Shown: positions 17,911-33,309, numbered from the stretch's first letter. The stretch is 64,000 nucleotides of DNA from the human T2T-CHM13v2.0 reference genome, Homo sapiens (GCF_009914755.1 NC_060934.1), one strand, 5' to 3'. Program-made: numbers and translations. Notes: generated from the letters alone by a model not told the origin.

Positions 17911-19038
17911 TCATAATGTTAGACAAGCTTCCGACTACCTCCCCCTGCTACTGATATGGACATCAGTAGCTACAGACAAACAGAATGATTACTAATTTAT
18001 TACTCACTTTAAAAAATGAGATTAGAACGGTCAAGTAATAGGTGAAAAAACACAATTACACCCTAAAGCATGCATTCTAAATAAGGTGATATACTCCAAA
18101 TAGACAAAAACTGTATCTTGAGGGGTAAAAAATAAACTTAGTTATCACAATTGTTGGTGGTCCTTGAAAGCATCAGATTATATATACACAGACATACACA
18201 GCAGATTTGTAGTATGAAAATTTCATGGGTCAGTTAATAGGGTTGAGGCATAAATTTTTTTGTAAAAAATAAAAAATAAAAATTTCATGGGGACGAGGAG
18301 ATTAGGAAAAAAGTATTTAAAAACTGTCTTTTTTCCTTTACTATAAAGTATTTTTATACTATATATAAATTATTATCTTCCTCCAGCAGTTCACATAAAT
18401 TACACATTTATGTAGAATGAAAAGTCAAAATATTATGCCATCTACTGGTGTAGCTTTTAACTGTTTGAATAGGCAATACTATACATCTGGTTTCCAGAGT
18501 CAGGTATGCATAAGACAATCCACTAGATGTGCAGAAACAACTATTTATTTATAATTATCTTTTATCTCATCCTTTTAAATATCTACTTTGGTTTTATTTT
18601 ATACTGTACATATTACATTAATAAAGTAATAGATATGTAGAATTTATAAATGACTATTTATATTGGTAATACACACTCAAAATTTTTTTACTGAGGCACA
18701 CAGGTCTGAAAACCACTGTTAGATTATTACTATAAATCTTCCAAATTTCGTTATCATTGAATAAGTTTTTAAAAAATTAATACTCTGTCAAAGCTTCCTG
18801 AATAGTACTTCATGCCATACTAAGTATCTAGGTTAAAAGATGAGCCAACAAAATGTGTCTTATTCACTTGGAATCAGGGGACATCCAAGTTCCTTAAGAA
18901 AAGAAAAGAGAAGAGAAGAGAAGATAAAAGAAAAGAAAAATCTTCCGTAAAATAAGATAGCAAGAAAGAGTGAAAGAGTCTTTATTTTTCACTCACAAGT
19001 CATACATAACATTTTCCATTAAGAATTAAGAGATTTTA

Positions 19039-19665
19039 GGCTGACGCAGTGGCTCGCGCCTGTAATCCCAGCACTTTGGGAGGCTGAGGCGGGCGGATCA
19101 CAATGTCAGGAGATCGAGAGCATTCTGGCCAACATGGTGAAACCATGTCTCTAATAAAAATACAAAAATTAGCTGGGTGTGGTGGCATATGCTTGTAATC
19201 CCAGCTACTTGGGAGGCTGAGGCAGGAGACTCACTTGAACCAGGGAGTCAGATGTTGCAGTGAGCCGAGGTCGTGCCACTGCACTCCAGCCTGGGTGACA
19301 GAGCGAGACTCCGTCTCAAAAAAAAAAAAAAAAAAAAAAAGAATTAAGAGATTTTGGCCTGCATGGTGGCTCGCGCCTGTAATCATAGCACACTCTGGGA
19401 GGCCGAGGCAGGTGAATCGCTTGAGTCCAGGAGTTCGAGACTAGCCTGGGCAACATGACAAGATCCCTAGAAAAAAATACAAAAATTAACCAGGCATGGT
19501 TGGTGCATGCCTGTAGTCTCAGCTACATGAGGGTGCTGAGATGGGAGGATCGCTTGAGCAAAGGAGGTTGAGGTTGCAGTGAGCCGAGATTGGACCACTG
19601 CACTCCAGCCTGGGTGACAGAGCAAGATCCTGTCTCAGAAAAAAAAAAAGAAAGAAAAAAAAAAT
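19039..19665 (+). mobile_element. Two tandem Alus (AluSc-like 19039-19340; AluJ 19356-19665)
   Basis: Alu consensus with shared TSD. Confidence 0.9.
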
Positions 19666-19729
19666 TAAAAGATTTTAAGGATTTTTTTTCCAATCACTGG
19701 TATCTAATTTCAAAACTTCATAAAGTATT

Positions 19730-20105
19730 AAACAGAAATGTGTATCAATAGGTGAAGGAATAAACAATGCATATACTGGAGCAAACTATCAATACATTGA
19801 ACAACATGGATGAATCTCAAAATTATCTTCATTTTGAGTGAATGAAGCCAGACACACCCACTATGATTCAATTCATGCAGAATGTAAACTATAGTGAAAA
19901 AGAACAGATTAGTAGTTGTCTGGGGCCAGAGCAGAAAGTGGAATGGACTGCAAAGTGGGGAGAGGAATCTTTGGGGATGATACAAACATTCTGTATCTTG
20001 ATTATAATGGGAGCTTCATGGTATGTGTAAATGTCAAAACTCATCAAATGACACACTTTAAAAGGATAAACTTTCTTATCCATATGTTATTATTCCTCAA
20101 AGTTG
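19730..20105 (+). mobile_element. L1M 3' UTR fragment
   Basis: caacatggatgaatctcaaa...gaagccagacac...ctgtatcttgatt motifs. Confidence 0.75.
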
Positions 20106-20739
20106 GTAAGGAAAAAAATTTTAAGTAGCAATTGCATTCTAATTCTTCACTGTAATTCTCTAATTATTTTAGTGTTTTATAATTAGCATTAAGCTTTAGC
20201 TCGTATTTATTTTTACTTCAGTCTTCAAGTCTCAAAAGTAGTCCACCATGAGGTTGCCTGTCATTAGAAAAACTGGATACTACTCTGTACTCTTGAGTTA
20301 TCAACTACTGAGTAAGTTCTTTATAGTTCATAATTCACAATAAGCACAAAAAATTCTTTCTGTGCAAATTATCACACACATTATTTATATAAGTACTACT
20401 GTGTAAATCAACTTTTGAGGACACTATTACTTTTTAAAATTCTGAATGTCTCTAATCCCTCTAAATCCAACATTAAATGGTATATGAACAGCAAAAAAAT
20501 CATTATATTCAATTAGAGGGGTTTAATGTTTCCCTCTTCCTCTCTCAAAGCATTCTTTCAGCAAAGGAAACAATTACCATAAGCAGACAGAAAAATATCT
20601 CGATGGATTACTCTGTTCTATTGAATCTACCATAAGAGAAACACAAAAAGGAAATTCAGATTAAAGCAATTACCCCTTCCTGAAATAATCATGGTGCACT
20701 AAGGAATTGCTAGAGAGGTAAGCAGACTGTGTAAGTTAA

Positions 20740-21060
<321 letters not shown>

Positions 21061-21351
21061 TAATTATTCTATTTGCAGTTGAAGAAATATAAAAATTCTT
21101 AAAAACAGCCTCTGTTTAGAAGAATAAAAATAAAGAACCTAAGATAGTGTTCATCAAATGGACTCCGGGTAGTATTCCTGGGCAGCCTGTTTCTATGTGA
21201 GTTTATAATTTTGTTTTTAGAAAACAACAGCCAAATAACAACACGCTGTACGAATGAAGGCTGGTACTATTAATAGACAAAAACAGTGAAAAGATTGAGC
21301 TGTCCTACTATACACCACAGTACAGGTATGTTAAATTCTAACGAACCTTCA

Positions 21352-21662
21352 TCCAGATGTGGTAATTACATGCCTGTAATCCCAGTACTTTGGGAGGCCA
21401 AGGCAGGTGGATCACTTGAGCTCAGGAGTTTGAGACCAGCATGGGTAACATGGCAAGACCCAGTGTCTCAGCCAAAAAATATAAAAAATTAGCCCAGTGT
21501 GGTGGCATGCACCTGTGGCACATGCCTGTAACATTATACTAAAATCAAGTAAACTCTAGCAGAACTTGAGATTTTTTTCCAGCTACTCAGGAGGCTGAGG
21601 CACGAGAATCGCTTGAGCCAGGGAGGTGTAGGTTGCAGTGAGCTGAGATCGTGCCACTGCGA
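21352..21662 (+). mobile_element. 3'-truncated Alu with an internal non-Alu insertion of about 50 bp
   Basis: Alu consensus interrupted at 21531-21578; no A-tail. Confidence 0.85.
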
Positions 21663-21969
21663 TCTGATGTTCTATTTAAGGATCCCATCTTTGTATCCAC
21701 CAACACCCCTCAACTGTTCATGATTAGTAGGAAAAGTAATAATTGCAAAATAATTTCTTCTTTATGTAGTATTTTAAAGAATTTCTCAGCATACTATTTT
21801 GGGGTTTGGATCAGCGGTTTGAAAATTTCTGTGCAAAAAAAGGAATAATGACTACAAATTGTTTTCACTGTGATAATAAATACAAATCAAATGATGGTTC
21901 ATTATACCTGAAATTAAAAAAGAAAATCAAACTGATATAGCTGTATAAGCACTACAGGTATAGGGAGTT

Positions 21970-22285
21970 AGCTGGGAGCAGTGACTCATGCCTATAATCC
22001 CAGCCAGCACCTTGGGAGGCCAAGGCCAGGTGGATCACTTGAGCCCAGGAGTTGGAGACCAGCCTAGGGAACACAGAGAAACCCTGTCTCTACAAAAAAC
22101 TAAAATAAACAAAATTAGTCTGGGCATGGTGGCATACACCTGTAGTCCCCGCTACTCAGGAGGCTGAGATGAGGATTGCTTGAGTCTGGGAAGAAGAGGT
22201 TGCAGTGAGCTGTGATCACCCCACTGCACTCCACCCTAGGTGATGGAGCAAGACCCAGCTTCAAATTAAAAAAAAAAAAAAAAAA

Positions 22286-22286
<1 letters not shown>
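21970..22286 (+). mobile_element. AluJ
   Basis: Alu consensus; tail runs into (CA)n. Confidence 0.88.

Positions 22287-22289
<3 letters not shown>

Positions 22290-22332
<43 letters not shown>
22290..22332. repeat. (CA)n microsatellite
   Basis: About 21 pure units. Confidence 0.95.
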
Positions 22333-22334
<2 letters not shown>

Positions 22335-23421
22335 GAGTTTATATTTAGTTTTATGTTTGCATACACATAATTAACATTATACTAAAACTAAGCAAACTCT
22401 AGCAGAACTTGAGATTGTTTCCATTTAAAGAGTTTGCTTTCTGTAGTTGTGAGCCTGAGTGGTTAGCGTATTGCTGGTATTGCTGGAGGCAGGGTTGATC
22501 CCTCACCTGATACTTGCGTTCAAGATAATCTAAATTGTGTTAGGGAAGGGACTGACTGTACTCATGGCTAACCTGATATATTAAAATAAGGCTGCCCCTA
22601 AAACCTTCTTAGTCACACAGGATCCCTGTAGCCAAAACAGTATATGTTCCAGCTGCAGAGAGCAGACTGCTCTCAGCTTGCACAGCACCTTAGGTGTGGG
22701 AAGAATATATGGATAGGGAATGGGGTGGAGAAAGAAGGACGGAAATGTTGTCACCCAGGTGGTTTTAGGGTCTAAGGAGTGGAAAAGGATGGCACTGGGG
22801 AGGTCTTCATGGATCTGTGTAGGAGTTCCCTGTAGATAAATCACTGATCCCCCATCTACTATCCCCAGTATGTAATGGCTGAATTAATACGTAATCAACT
22901 GCATTGTATCTACAGCCTTAGAACTAGTCAGGTGCTCCTCCCACCTAATACCATTTCTTACCCCGTAATCCTACCTGATTTTTAACAAACCATTAATAAT
23001 TCTAATGATAATCTCTATTTTGTTTTGTTTTTTTCTAACTGTTTTAAATAAATCAATTTGTACTGTAAAAAAGAAAAATAAACAGCCTGCTTTTTTTTTC
23101 TTTTTTTAAAAAAAGAGCCCATTAGAAGATTGAGAAACACTGTCCCCAAGGAATAAAGCCTTCAAAATACATTATGGTATAACATATCAATGTTTTCCAT
23201 GTAAAGAAAAAAAACAGGAGCTACAGAAAGGTATAGAAAGTTTAACAATAACTTGCAAGTATCAGTAGAAAATATTAAGAAAGCTGAGAAACTATACACA
23301 ACAAATTAAGTCTCTGAAAGAAAATAAAACTCATTTTCATAGAGGTACAAAAAATTCTGTCACTGTTTATATTTATAAAAACATGAAAAGTTTTCATGGC
23401 TATAGTGCCCCCAAAATATAA

Positions 23422-23422
<1 letters not shown>

Positions 23423-23475
<53 letters not shown>
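23423..23475. repeat. (TA)n(CA)n compound microsatellite
   Basis: Direct reading. Confidence 0.95.
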
Positions 23476-23479
<4 letters not shown>

Positions 23480-23939
23480 TCATATTTTAGATATTAGAAA
23501 AACAATCTACTAGTTACCCTTGCAGTCATAAATGAAATATAAATATATCAAAAATAAATTATTGCCAAAATATAAGATGAGTAAATTATTAAACTGCTAG
23601 GAGCTATATTAAGGGCAGAATTGGGAAACTCAGCTTCCCTTTGGGCAAATATTGCTGAAGTCATAATTCTTTCCTGATTTACTTTTAAAGATATTTCAGA
23701 AACATGATAATTTTAAAACAAAAAAAAGAAAGAGAAGCTTGAACTGAAGGAAATCGGATGGGGAATCAAGAAACAGAGGTATTATTCCTGGTTCTCCAAA
23801 TTATTCTGTGTGGCTCCTGGCAAGGCATTTGCAACTCTCAGTTCTTCTCATTTCCTAGTAGAATGTCTCTAAGGAGCCTTCCTTAGTGCCAGGAAGCAAG
23901 CACTCTGCATCTAAAGAATGTTGCTACCTGAGTCTATTA

Positions 23940-24128
<189 letters not shown>

Positions 24129-24195
24129 CTAAGTTCTTTTGCATCACAGAATCAAAGGTCAAACAAGCAAGTACCAAACCATTTTTCAGAGACTA

Positions 24196-24492
<297 letters not shown>

Positions 24493-25186
24493 TCACCTCC
24501 ATTCAACCAGGTTCCAAGTCACCAGATATAGTATATATTCTAGCTCCATATTCCCTAGGAATCCTTCCTTGCCTCAGCTTTGACTGTTTCCTATCCTTCT
24601 CCCTAACTCCAGCTGTTGCTAGACACATCTAGCCCCCATAAAACCCTTTCTAAAGAACTCCCAGGCTTCTAATGCTATAACGCCTATACTCTGATTCTAA
24701 ATGTCATCCTGATTTTCATATACTTTCTTATCAGAACACCATTCATTCCAAACAAGTCTTAAACAACACTTAAAATTCCTTAAACATAGCAAATTCATTT
24801 TCATATTTATATGCCTGTATACATACTACTGTGGCCTCTCTTTTTAATACCACTACTACCAATTGCCACCTCCCCCACTGTATCTGGTTAAATCTCTATT
24901 GTCACCTTCATAGCACTGCCAGATTTTCATTATCTTTATGAAGTCTTTAGAAACTTCAAAGTAGGCAGCTATTTATCTTGTTTTGTTAGATTATTATCAT
25001 GCTAGAGCACACTTGTCTTCCTCTCCCTCACTAGATCCCAAACTTCCTGAAAATAACCATATTAACTTTGTATTCTGAATATGTAAGATAGAACCTGGTA
25101 TGTGTACATGTGTACGTGTATACATGCAAATATATATATACACACATATGCTACTATAATAACTATTAAGTAAATGTTTGAGGAAG

Positions 25187-25852
25187 TGGTACAGTAGGTA
25201 GCCAGTCAGACATGAGCAGGGCAGGACAGGGCCCCTACCACTACCAGGAATGTCAGACAACCCTCAAGTGATGCACAGGGAGTTGTGAAACTGCCTCTCT
25301 AAAATAATTGGAAGCAGCCGGCGCCAGGGAAAGGAGTCACCCAATAGATAGAAAAATCTGAAATTGGTGATCAGCAGCTTCCTGTTAAGATCTTAGGAGT
25401 TGGGCAAGTCAGCTCCAGCATGTGTACTAGGGAGCAAAATGGCAAAGTTTAACTGGTATATGACCTTATAAGAACACTCAACTGGTAAGGGAAGAATACC
25501 TCAAGCAAGCATGTGTACAACTCCAGTAATCACACCGCGCATGCAGACAGCCCATCTCAAGGGAAGAATCAGGGGAGAAGGGGACACAACCCCCTGGAAG
25601 CATGCCAACATATAAAACCTCAAGTCAAAGGTCAAACTGTGTACTTGATCTCTCAAGTCGCCCGCTTGGCCCTCTTCCAAGTGTACTTTACTTCCTTTCA
25701 TTCCTGCTCTAAAGCTTTTTAATGAACTTTCACTCCTGCTCTAAAACTTGCCTTGGTCTCTCATTCTGCCTTATGCCTCTCAATCAAATCCTTTCTTCTA
25801 AGGAGGAGTATTAACATTGCTGCAGACCCATATAGATTTGCCACTGGTAAGA
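25187..25852 (+). mobile_element. ERV1 solo LTR (LTR9-like)
   Basis: Start tggtacagtaggtagccagtcagacatgagcagggcagga; TATAAAA at 25611; subfamily recalled. Confidence 0.75.
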
Positions 25853-26183
25853 GAAAGAGATTATGGTTTAAAGTTTAACATTATGCCTATTCTGGATATT
25901 TCATATAAAAGAAATCATATAATATGTGGCCTTTTGTGTCTGGCCTTTTTCACTTAGCATAATGTTTTCAAGATTAATCCATGTGGTAGTATGTATGAGT
26001 ACTTCACCGCAGAGCATAATCACATAAATATATAATTTCACTTGTAATATGTTATGAATATGAGGAACACTGTGTTATGAGACCAGCTCAGATTTAGTTT
26101 ATCTGGTAAACTTAGGTAAGGCTTCCTTGAGGAAGTGGCAACTGAGCTTAACTCTAAAGGCTAAAAAATTAACAAGGAAAAGG

Positions 26184-27323
26184 GTGAAACAAAAATAAAA
26201 TTCTAAGCCCCCCAACCAACTGAATGGGCCCCTCCCTCAGCCAAGGGCATTCTAAAGCAAACCCCATACACTAGTTCAGGCCATGATGGGAACGGGTGGT
26301 TGGACATGCTTCATTATACCTTCCTCCCTTTGAAATTTAGATGTGACTGACCAGCATTAACATTAAAACAGGTACTTTAAGACTGACAAGGCAGACTCTT
26401 TATAGCAATTAAGATACCAACATGACAGATACCAAGCTCTGAAAGAAACGGAAGTATTTTACCCCAAAATGTATTTATTTGAAATATTTTGAAATGGCCC
26501 TGCTAAACTGTCTCTTGTGGGTAAAATCTACATTCTGTAGAGCAAGGGTCCCCAACCCCCCGGAATCCAGACAGGCATGGACTAGGGGTCTATGGCCTGT
26601 TAGGAACCAGGCCGCATAGCAGGAGGTGAGCAAGGCTGAGCTCTGCCTTCTGTCAGGTCAGTGGCAACATCAGATTCTCATAAGACGAAGAACCCTATTA
26701 TGAACTGTGCATGTGAGGGATCTAAGTTGCACACTCCTTATGAGAATCTAACAAATGCCTGATGATCTGAGGTGGAACAGTTTCATTCTGAAACCATCCC
26801 CCAACCCATGGAAAAATGGTCTTCCATAAAACTGGTCCCCGGTGCCAAAAAGTTGGGGACTGCTGCTGTAGAGAATCCCCTTCCCTTTCCAGGTCTTCCC
26901 TGATCCAGTCCAGGAGAGAAGTAATGAAGCATCTGGTAAGAGCTCTGAAGCCTGTTACCTACAAGCATCAACTGCATGATAAAACCTTGGTCTTTAGAAA
27001 CCCTTCTTAACCCAGACATTCCTTTCTATTGATTCCAGGTCTTTAGATAATAACCCTTTTAACCAATTGCCAAGCAGAGAATCTATGACCTGGAAGCCCC
27101 TTTCGAGTTGTCCTGCCTGCTGGACCAAATCAATATGCATCTTACATGTATTGATTGACGTCTTATACCTCTCTAACACATATAAAACCAACCTGTAGCC
27201 TGACCACCTTGGGCACATGTACTCAGATCTCCTGGGGCGGTGTCACAGGCCATTGGTCACTCATATTTGGTTCAGAATAAATTTCTTTAAATATTTTACA
27301 GAGTTTGACTCTATTCACCAACA
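26184..27323 (+). mobile_element. MER4-family solo LTR interrupted by MER1
   Basis: aaaataaaattctaagccccccaacc start; cagaataaat...tttacagagtttgactct..aaca end. Confidence 0.8.
26543..26865. mobile_element. MER1B-like hAT/Charlie DNA transposon
   Basis: Termini caagggtccccaacc / gttggggactgctg; perfect 8-bp TSD CTGTAGAG at 26535-26542 and 26866-26873. Confidence 0.88.
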
Positions 27324-27389
27324 TTCCTTAAAAAGGGAAGAACTATGGAAAGAAGACTGTCAAAGAGGCAGCTTCATAAAAACATCTGC

Positions 27390-28671
27390 TGAGACAGAGC
27401 AGGGAGCCCTCTTAGGGGCCTGCCAGGAGGGCCCTCAAGCAAGGAAATAAAAGAAAATCTCGAATCCCTTTGTTAGGAATAACGCTCAAAATCCTAAGGA
27501 AATTGAACACTCGAACAAAGGATTCTTAGCAAAGCAATTTTACTTCTGCACAGAGGAGTGCCTCCTTGGCCAGTCGCCATGAGAGCACACCTGAACAAAG
27601 GGGCACAAGAGCCTTTATTCCTGACGCAAGTCCTGCCCCTGTACCCTTTCCCCATTGGCTGGGGTTGGGTCGTACAATCTAAACTAATTCCAGTTAGCTA
27701 AACATTTGATTCTTTTAGATAAGGTGGGCATGTGAAAGAAAGCGGAGAGGAAAGGGGAAGGCATGTCTGTAATAAGCTAGAAAGTTAGTTCTCTTTCCAA
27801 ATAAGGAAAGGAATGTGAGCTGGTATTGATAACGCTTGGTACTGTGACGTGCCTGGGCATCTAACAAAGGCAAAATGGAAGAAAGGAGAAAAAGGAAAAA
27901 AGGAAGGGGGGCACTATGAATTAAAGAATAAAAGACTGATCAGGTTATTTGAAGAGAAACCTCATCATATCTGAAACCTTCAAGGGAAATTCCAGGCACC
28001 TATCTAGCCTTGAGAAGTAAATGAGCCACCAGATAAGCAAGGAGGTAATAACAGCTTAAACCAATAGCCACTCATGGAAGTCAGAGCCACAAGATGTGTT
28101 GCTCCCTATAGAAAATAAAGATAACATCTTGACATAGGTCCCTGAGTTATTTTTCAGAAACTCAGACCCCCGCCAAATGGAAAGTGCCAACCACCATCAT
28201 CACATAAGGGGGAACTGAAGACTGAACTCTGACTGACGTTCTTCATTCTAAATTTCTTCCTGAGGGGCCCGGAGACAGTGACACCCACATGCCAAACCTT
28301 AACATTCCTTTCCGCTGATCCCAAGTTTCTAGGCAAAGCCTTGCTTCCTTAACCAATCGCAAATCAAAGAATCTCCGAATCCTGCAACCCCACTTCAAGA
28401 TATCCTGCCTTTTGGGACCAAACCAATATATAACCCCCACGTATTGATGTATGATTTTGCCAATAACTTCTGCTTTCCTAGAATATATCTCTGCCTTTAA
28501 AAAATCTTGCTTGTAAGCCATTGGGGAGGTCAGGTTTTAAGCAATAGCTATCTTATTCTACTTGCTTGGTGCCCTGCAAACAAACACCCTTACTTCTCTT
28601 GCTACAGACGTCAGTGTCGGTGTTTGGCTTTACTGCACTGGGTGAGTGTACTCAGGTTCAGTTTAGTAACA
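27390..28671 (+). mobile_element. ERV1 (MER4-group) solo LTR interrupted by a second LTR
   Basis: TG...CA termini; 4-bp TSD CTGC at 27386-27389 and 28672-28675. Confidence 0.8.
27471..27976 (-). mobile_element. LTR10-like (HERV-I) solo LTR, nested
   Basis: CCTT TSD at 27467-27470 and 27977-27980; minus-strand start ..cagatatgatgaggtttctcttcaaataacctgatc; subfamily recalled. Confidence 0.75.
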
Positions 28672-28691
28672 CTGCAACTTAAGAAAAATAA

Positions 28692-29017
<326 letters not shown>

Positions 29018-29264
29018 CTATATAGGTGATCACTAAAACCACAAGGGTGGGTGAGACCAACCAGAGAGAGACAGAAGAAAAAAGGACCTATGAAAAAGGC
29101 TTGAGGAACTCCAACAACACTTACTTGTCACATACAGAAGAACAGCCTAAAAGGAAAATAAGAATTGGCTGAGGAGGAAGAAAGAAATTTAGGATTATAT
29201 TGTGTCACGGAGCCAAAGGATGAGTATATTCCAAGGAGAAAAGAAATGTCTATGGAGTCAAATG

Positions 29265-30085
<821 letters not shown>

Positions 30086-30134
30086 CTAAGTGCAATTTCA
30101 GATTGCCTTACATTTCTAAAGCTAAATGTTGGTT

Positions 30135-30388
30135 TTATTTTTAAGAAACAGGGTCTTACTCTGTCATCCAGGCTAAACTGCAGGGCTCAAGTAATCCTTC
30201 TGCCTTAGCCTCATGAGTAGCTAGGACTACAGGCATGTGCCACCATGCCTGGCTAATTTTTTAACTTTTTGTACAGATGGGCTCTGCCTATGTTGCCCAG
30301 GCTAGTCTTGAACTCCTGGCCTCAAGCGATCCTCCTGCCTTGGCGTCCTAAAGTGCTGGGATTACAGGTGTGAGCTATCATGCCCAAC
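30135..30388 (-). mobile_element. AluJ with internal deletion
   Basis: Reverse Alu. Confidence 0.85.
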
Positions 30389-31137
30389 TTTCATTTTACT
30401 ATTTCAAAATCTGTAACTATTAATATCTGGAATCTTAATAATGTAACTAAACACTGCTATTAAGTAACTGTTAATTACATTTATATCTTATTATCATATT
30501 CAGGGTTCAGGAATAAGAATCTAGAAGAAAATACAACAAACTGTTAAACTCTGGGAATAAGACTGACAGATGGGTTTTCTGAGTTACATGCTTTCATATA
30601 ATAGTTGCATATTTTTTACAATAGTCTTGCATTGCTCTTGTAATAAAACAGAAGATTTTAAAAACTCAAGGGTCCTGGGTATCTAAGAAAGAAACATTAA
30701 CTATAGAGATTATTTGATGGTAGAGATGGTAGATATTAGAGAGATATAATGACGGTACAGGATGGTTTGGGTTTTCTTTGTGGGAGGGTGGGAGAGAGGA
30801 GGAAGAGAAAAAGCTAAAATATCACTTAACACCCTCTGTCCATCTTTTCTCCAGTTCCTCACCATTAACATCATCTCAGTAATCCAGACTAAGAACCTTA
30901 ATTTTACATGCATTATCAACAACTCCTTTTTATTTGTCACCCATATTTAGGAATTCACCATATTCTATCAATTTTACCTCATAATAATGCAACCTTCTAT
31001 TTTCTTTTTTATCCCCATGATTATTATCTCAGTGATTTTCAAGCTTTTTAAAATAGCAGAATCCCTTTTTTCCCTAAGAAATTTGACATAAAGTCATTTA
31101 AAGTCACACCAAAGCTATTTTTAGAAATACAGTTTTT

Positions 31138-31528
<391 letters not shown>

Positions 31529-32841
31529 TTAGGGATGAGAGTTAAAGCTTACATCAATCTACCATTTAGTTTACATTTATCTCTCTTACACATTATTAAG
31601 AAAATCCTGATTCATCCATCTATACAGTTGCAAATGGTAACATTTTACAAACTTTATTTTGATATTAAGCTAACTCTTCAGATAAATGGTAGCAAGGGAA
31701 CCTTGGCTCTATCGTCTGCACAAAAATGGGTTATCTTGACAAAAACAGCTGGTTCAAATGTGGAATTAAGCATCTTCAAATTTGATTGTGCAGTTCTTTT
31801 TTAACAAGTTTTTCACTGTTAAAAATATAATTTAGAAATGAAATTTGCATCAAACTTCAAAAGAACCCCTGAAGCACCTCTATGTGGCACAATTCGGTAC
31901 ATACTGTTACCTTACTTAACTCTTATCTGGGCTCTTACATTACCTCTCCTGTCTCCCAGTGTATCCTCACTTCTGTTTTCCTTACATGCAGCTGTCTGAT
32001 TAATCTTGCTACAGCACAGATACTGTCTGCACAGACATGACTTAAGTCTGGTTCCTGGCACTTGAAGCCCCCTGTGATATGAAGCCAATCCAATTTTCAA
32101 GTCTCTTCCTCATTCCCCACCCAAATTCCACACTCCAGCAAAGGCACTGTTTTCCATTTCTAAAACAGATAGTTTTCAACCACACAGCCTTTTCTTATAA
32201 ACCTTATATATCTGTCTGGAAGTCTCCTATCTTACTAACTGCACCTCAGAAATTTATGCTTATCTTTTAGAGCTCAGCTCAAACCCCATAACTCTGCTCA
32301 ATGTTACTCTCACCTCTAAATATGCTAAAGAATTCTGAATTTCAAAATAGTTAATCACATCTACACTAAATTGTATGTTAAAAGGGATCATGTCAATTTT
32401 TTTTAGTACTGCGTGTGAAATCTATATAAAACCTGACTAATAAATGAGATGAATGTTTAAAACTACCCAGCAAGTGATGGAAATCTAAAACTGGATTATG
32501 GTGATGGTCACATAGCTCAAAAAATGGACTCAATATCACCAAATCGAGCACTTAAAATGGGTGAATTTTTATATACCTCAATGAAGTTGTTTTTTAAAAG
32601 CAAGAACACACAAAAAGTACAAAAGAGGTTACTAAGAACTAGGGGAAGCAGGGAAGGAGGTTTAATTATTTAATATGTTTAATATGTACAGTTTCTGTTA
32701 GTATAGTGTTATGATATTCACATTGGTTTTTGTCCAGGTTCTTGGCTTGTAACTCCCATAGCCCTCGTTATAGTCTTTTGTTATAATGTTAGTCTTTTGT
32801 TATGTTTTGTTACAATGTTGTTATAATGTTATAATATAATG

Positions 32842-33309
32842 TTAAAACAAACATGGTAACAGCCCTTTCCCAAAAGAAACCCCCTTCTTGCCTGGGGACT
32901 AGAGTGCCACTGTAGGACTAACAAAATAGCCACAAGATTAGAAATAATGGTTTAGGAGTCATGCAGCTGGAGGCTACAAGATTCTGACCCACCCTAAACT
33001 GCTAAGATCAGTGCTTGGGATATTTTGCAGACCCTGCACTTGATGGATCAGCTGGCATCACCCAGATGGATATACTGGCTCATCTGATCTTGTCCCCACC
33101 CAGGAACTGACTCAGCACAAGAGGACAGCTTCAGCTTCCCATTATTTCTTCTTCTGACCCAACCAATCAGCACTCTCGACTCACTGGCCTTCCCCAACCC
33201 ACCAAATTATCCTTAAAAACTCTGATCCCCGAATGCTCGAGGAGACTGATTTGAGTAATAAGAAAACTCTGGTCTCCAGCAAAAAAAACAAAAACAAAAA
33301 CAAAAAAAA
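32842..33309 (+). mobile_element. LTR8-like fragment ending in an A-rich tail, preceded by a MER21/LTR47-like terminus (about 32707-32790)
   Basis: acagccctttcccaaaa..cttgcctggggactaga..gagactgatttgagtaata motifs; tail 33281-33309. Confidence 0.78.
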
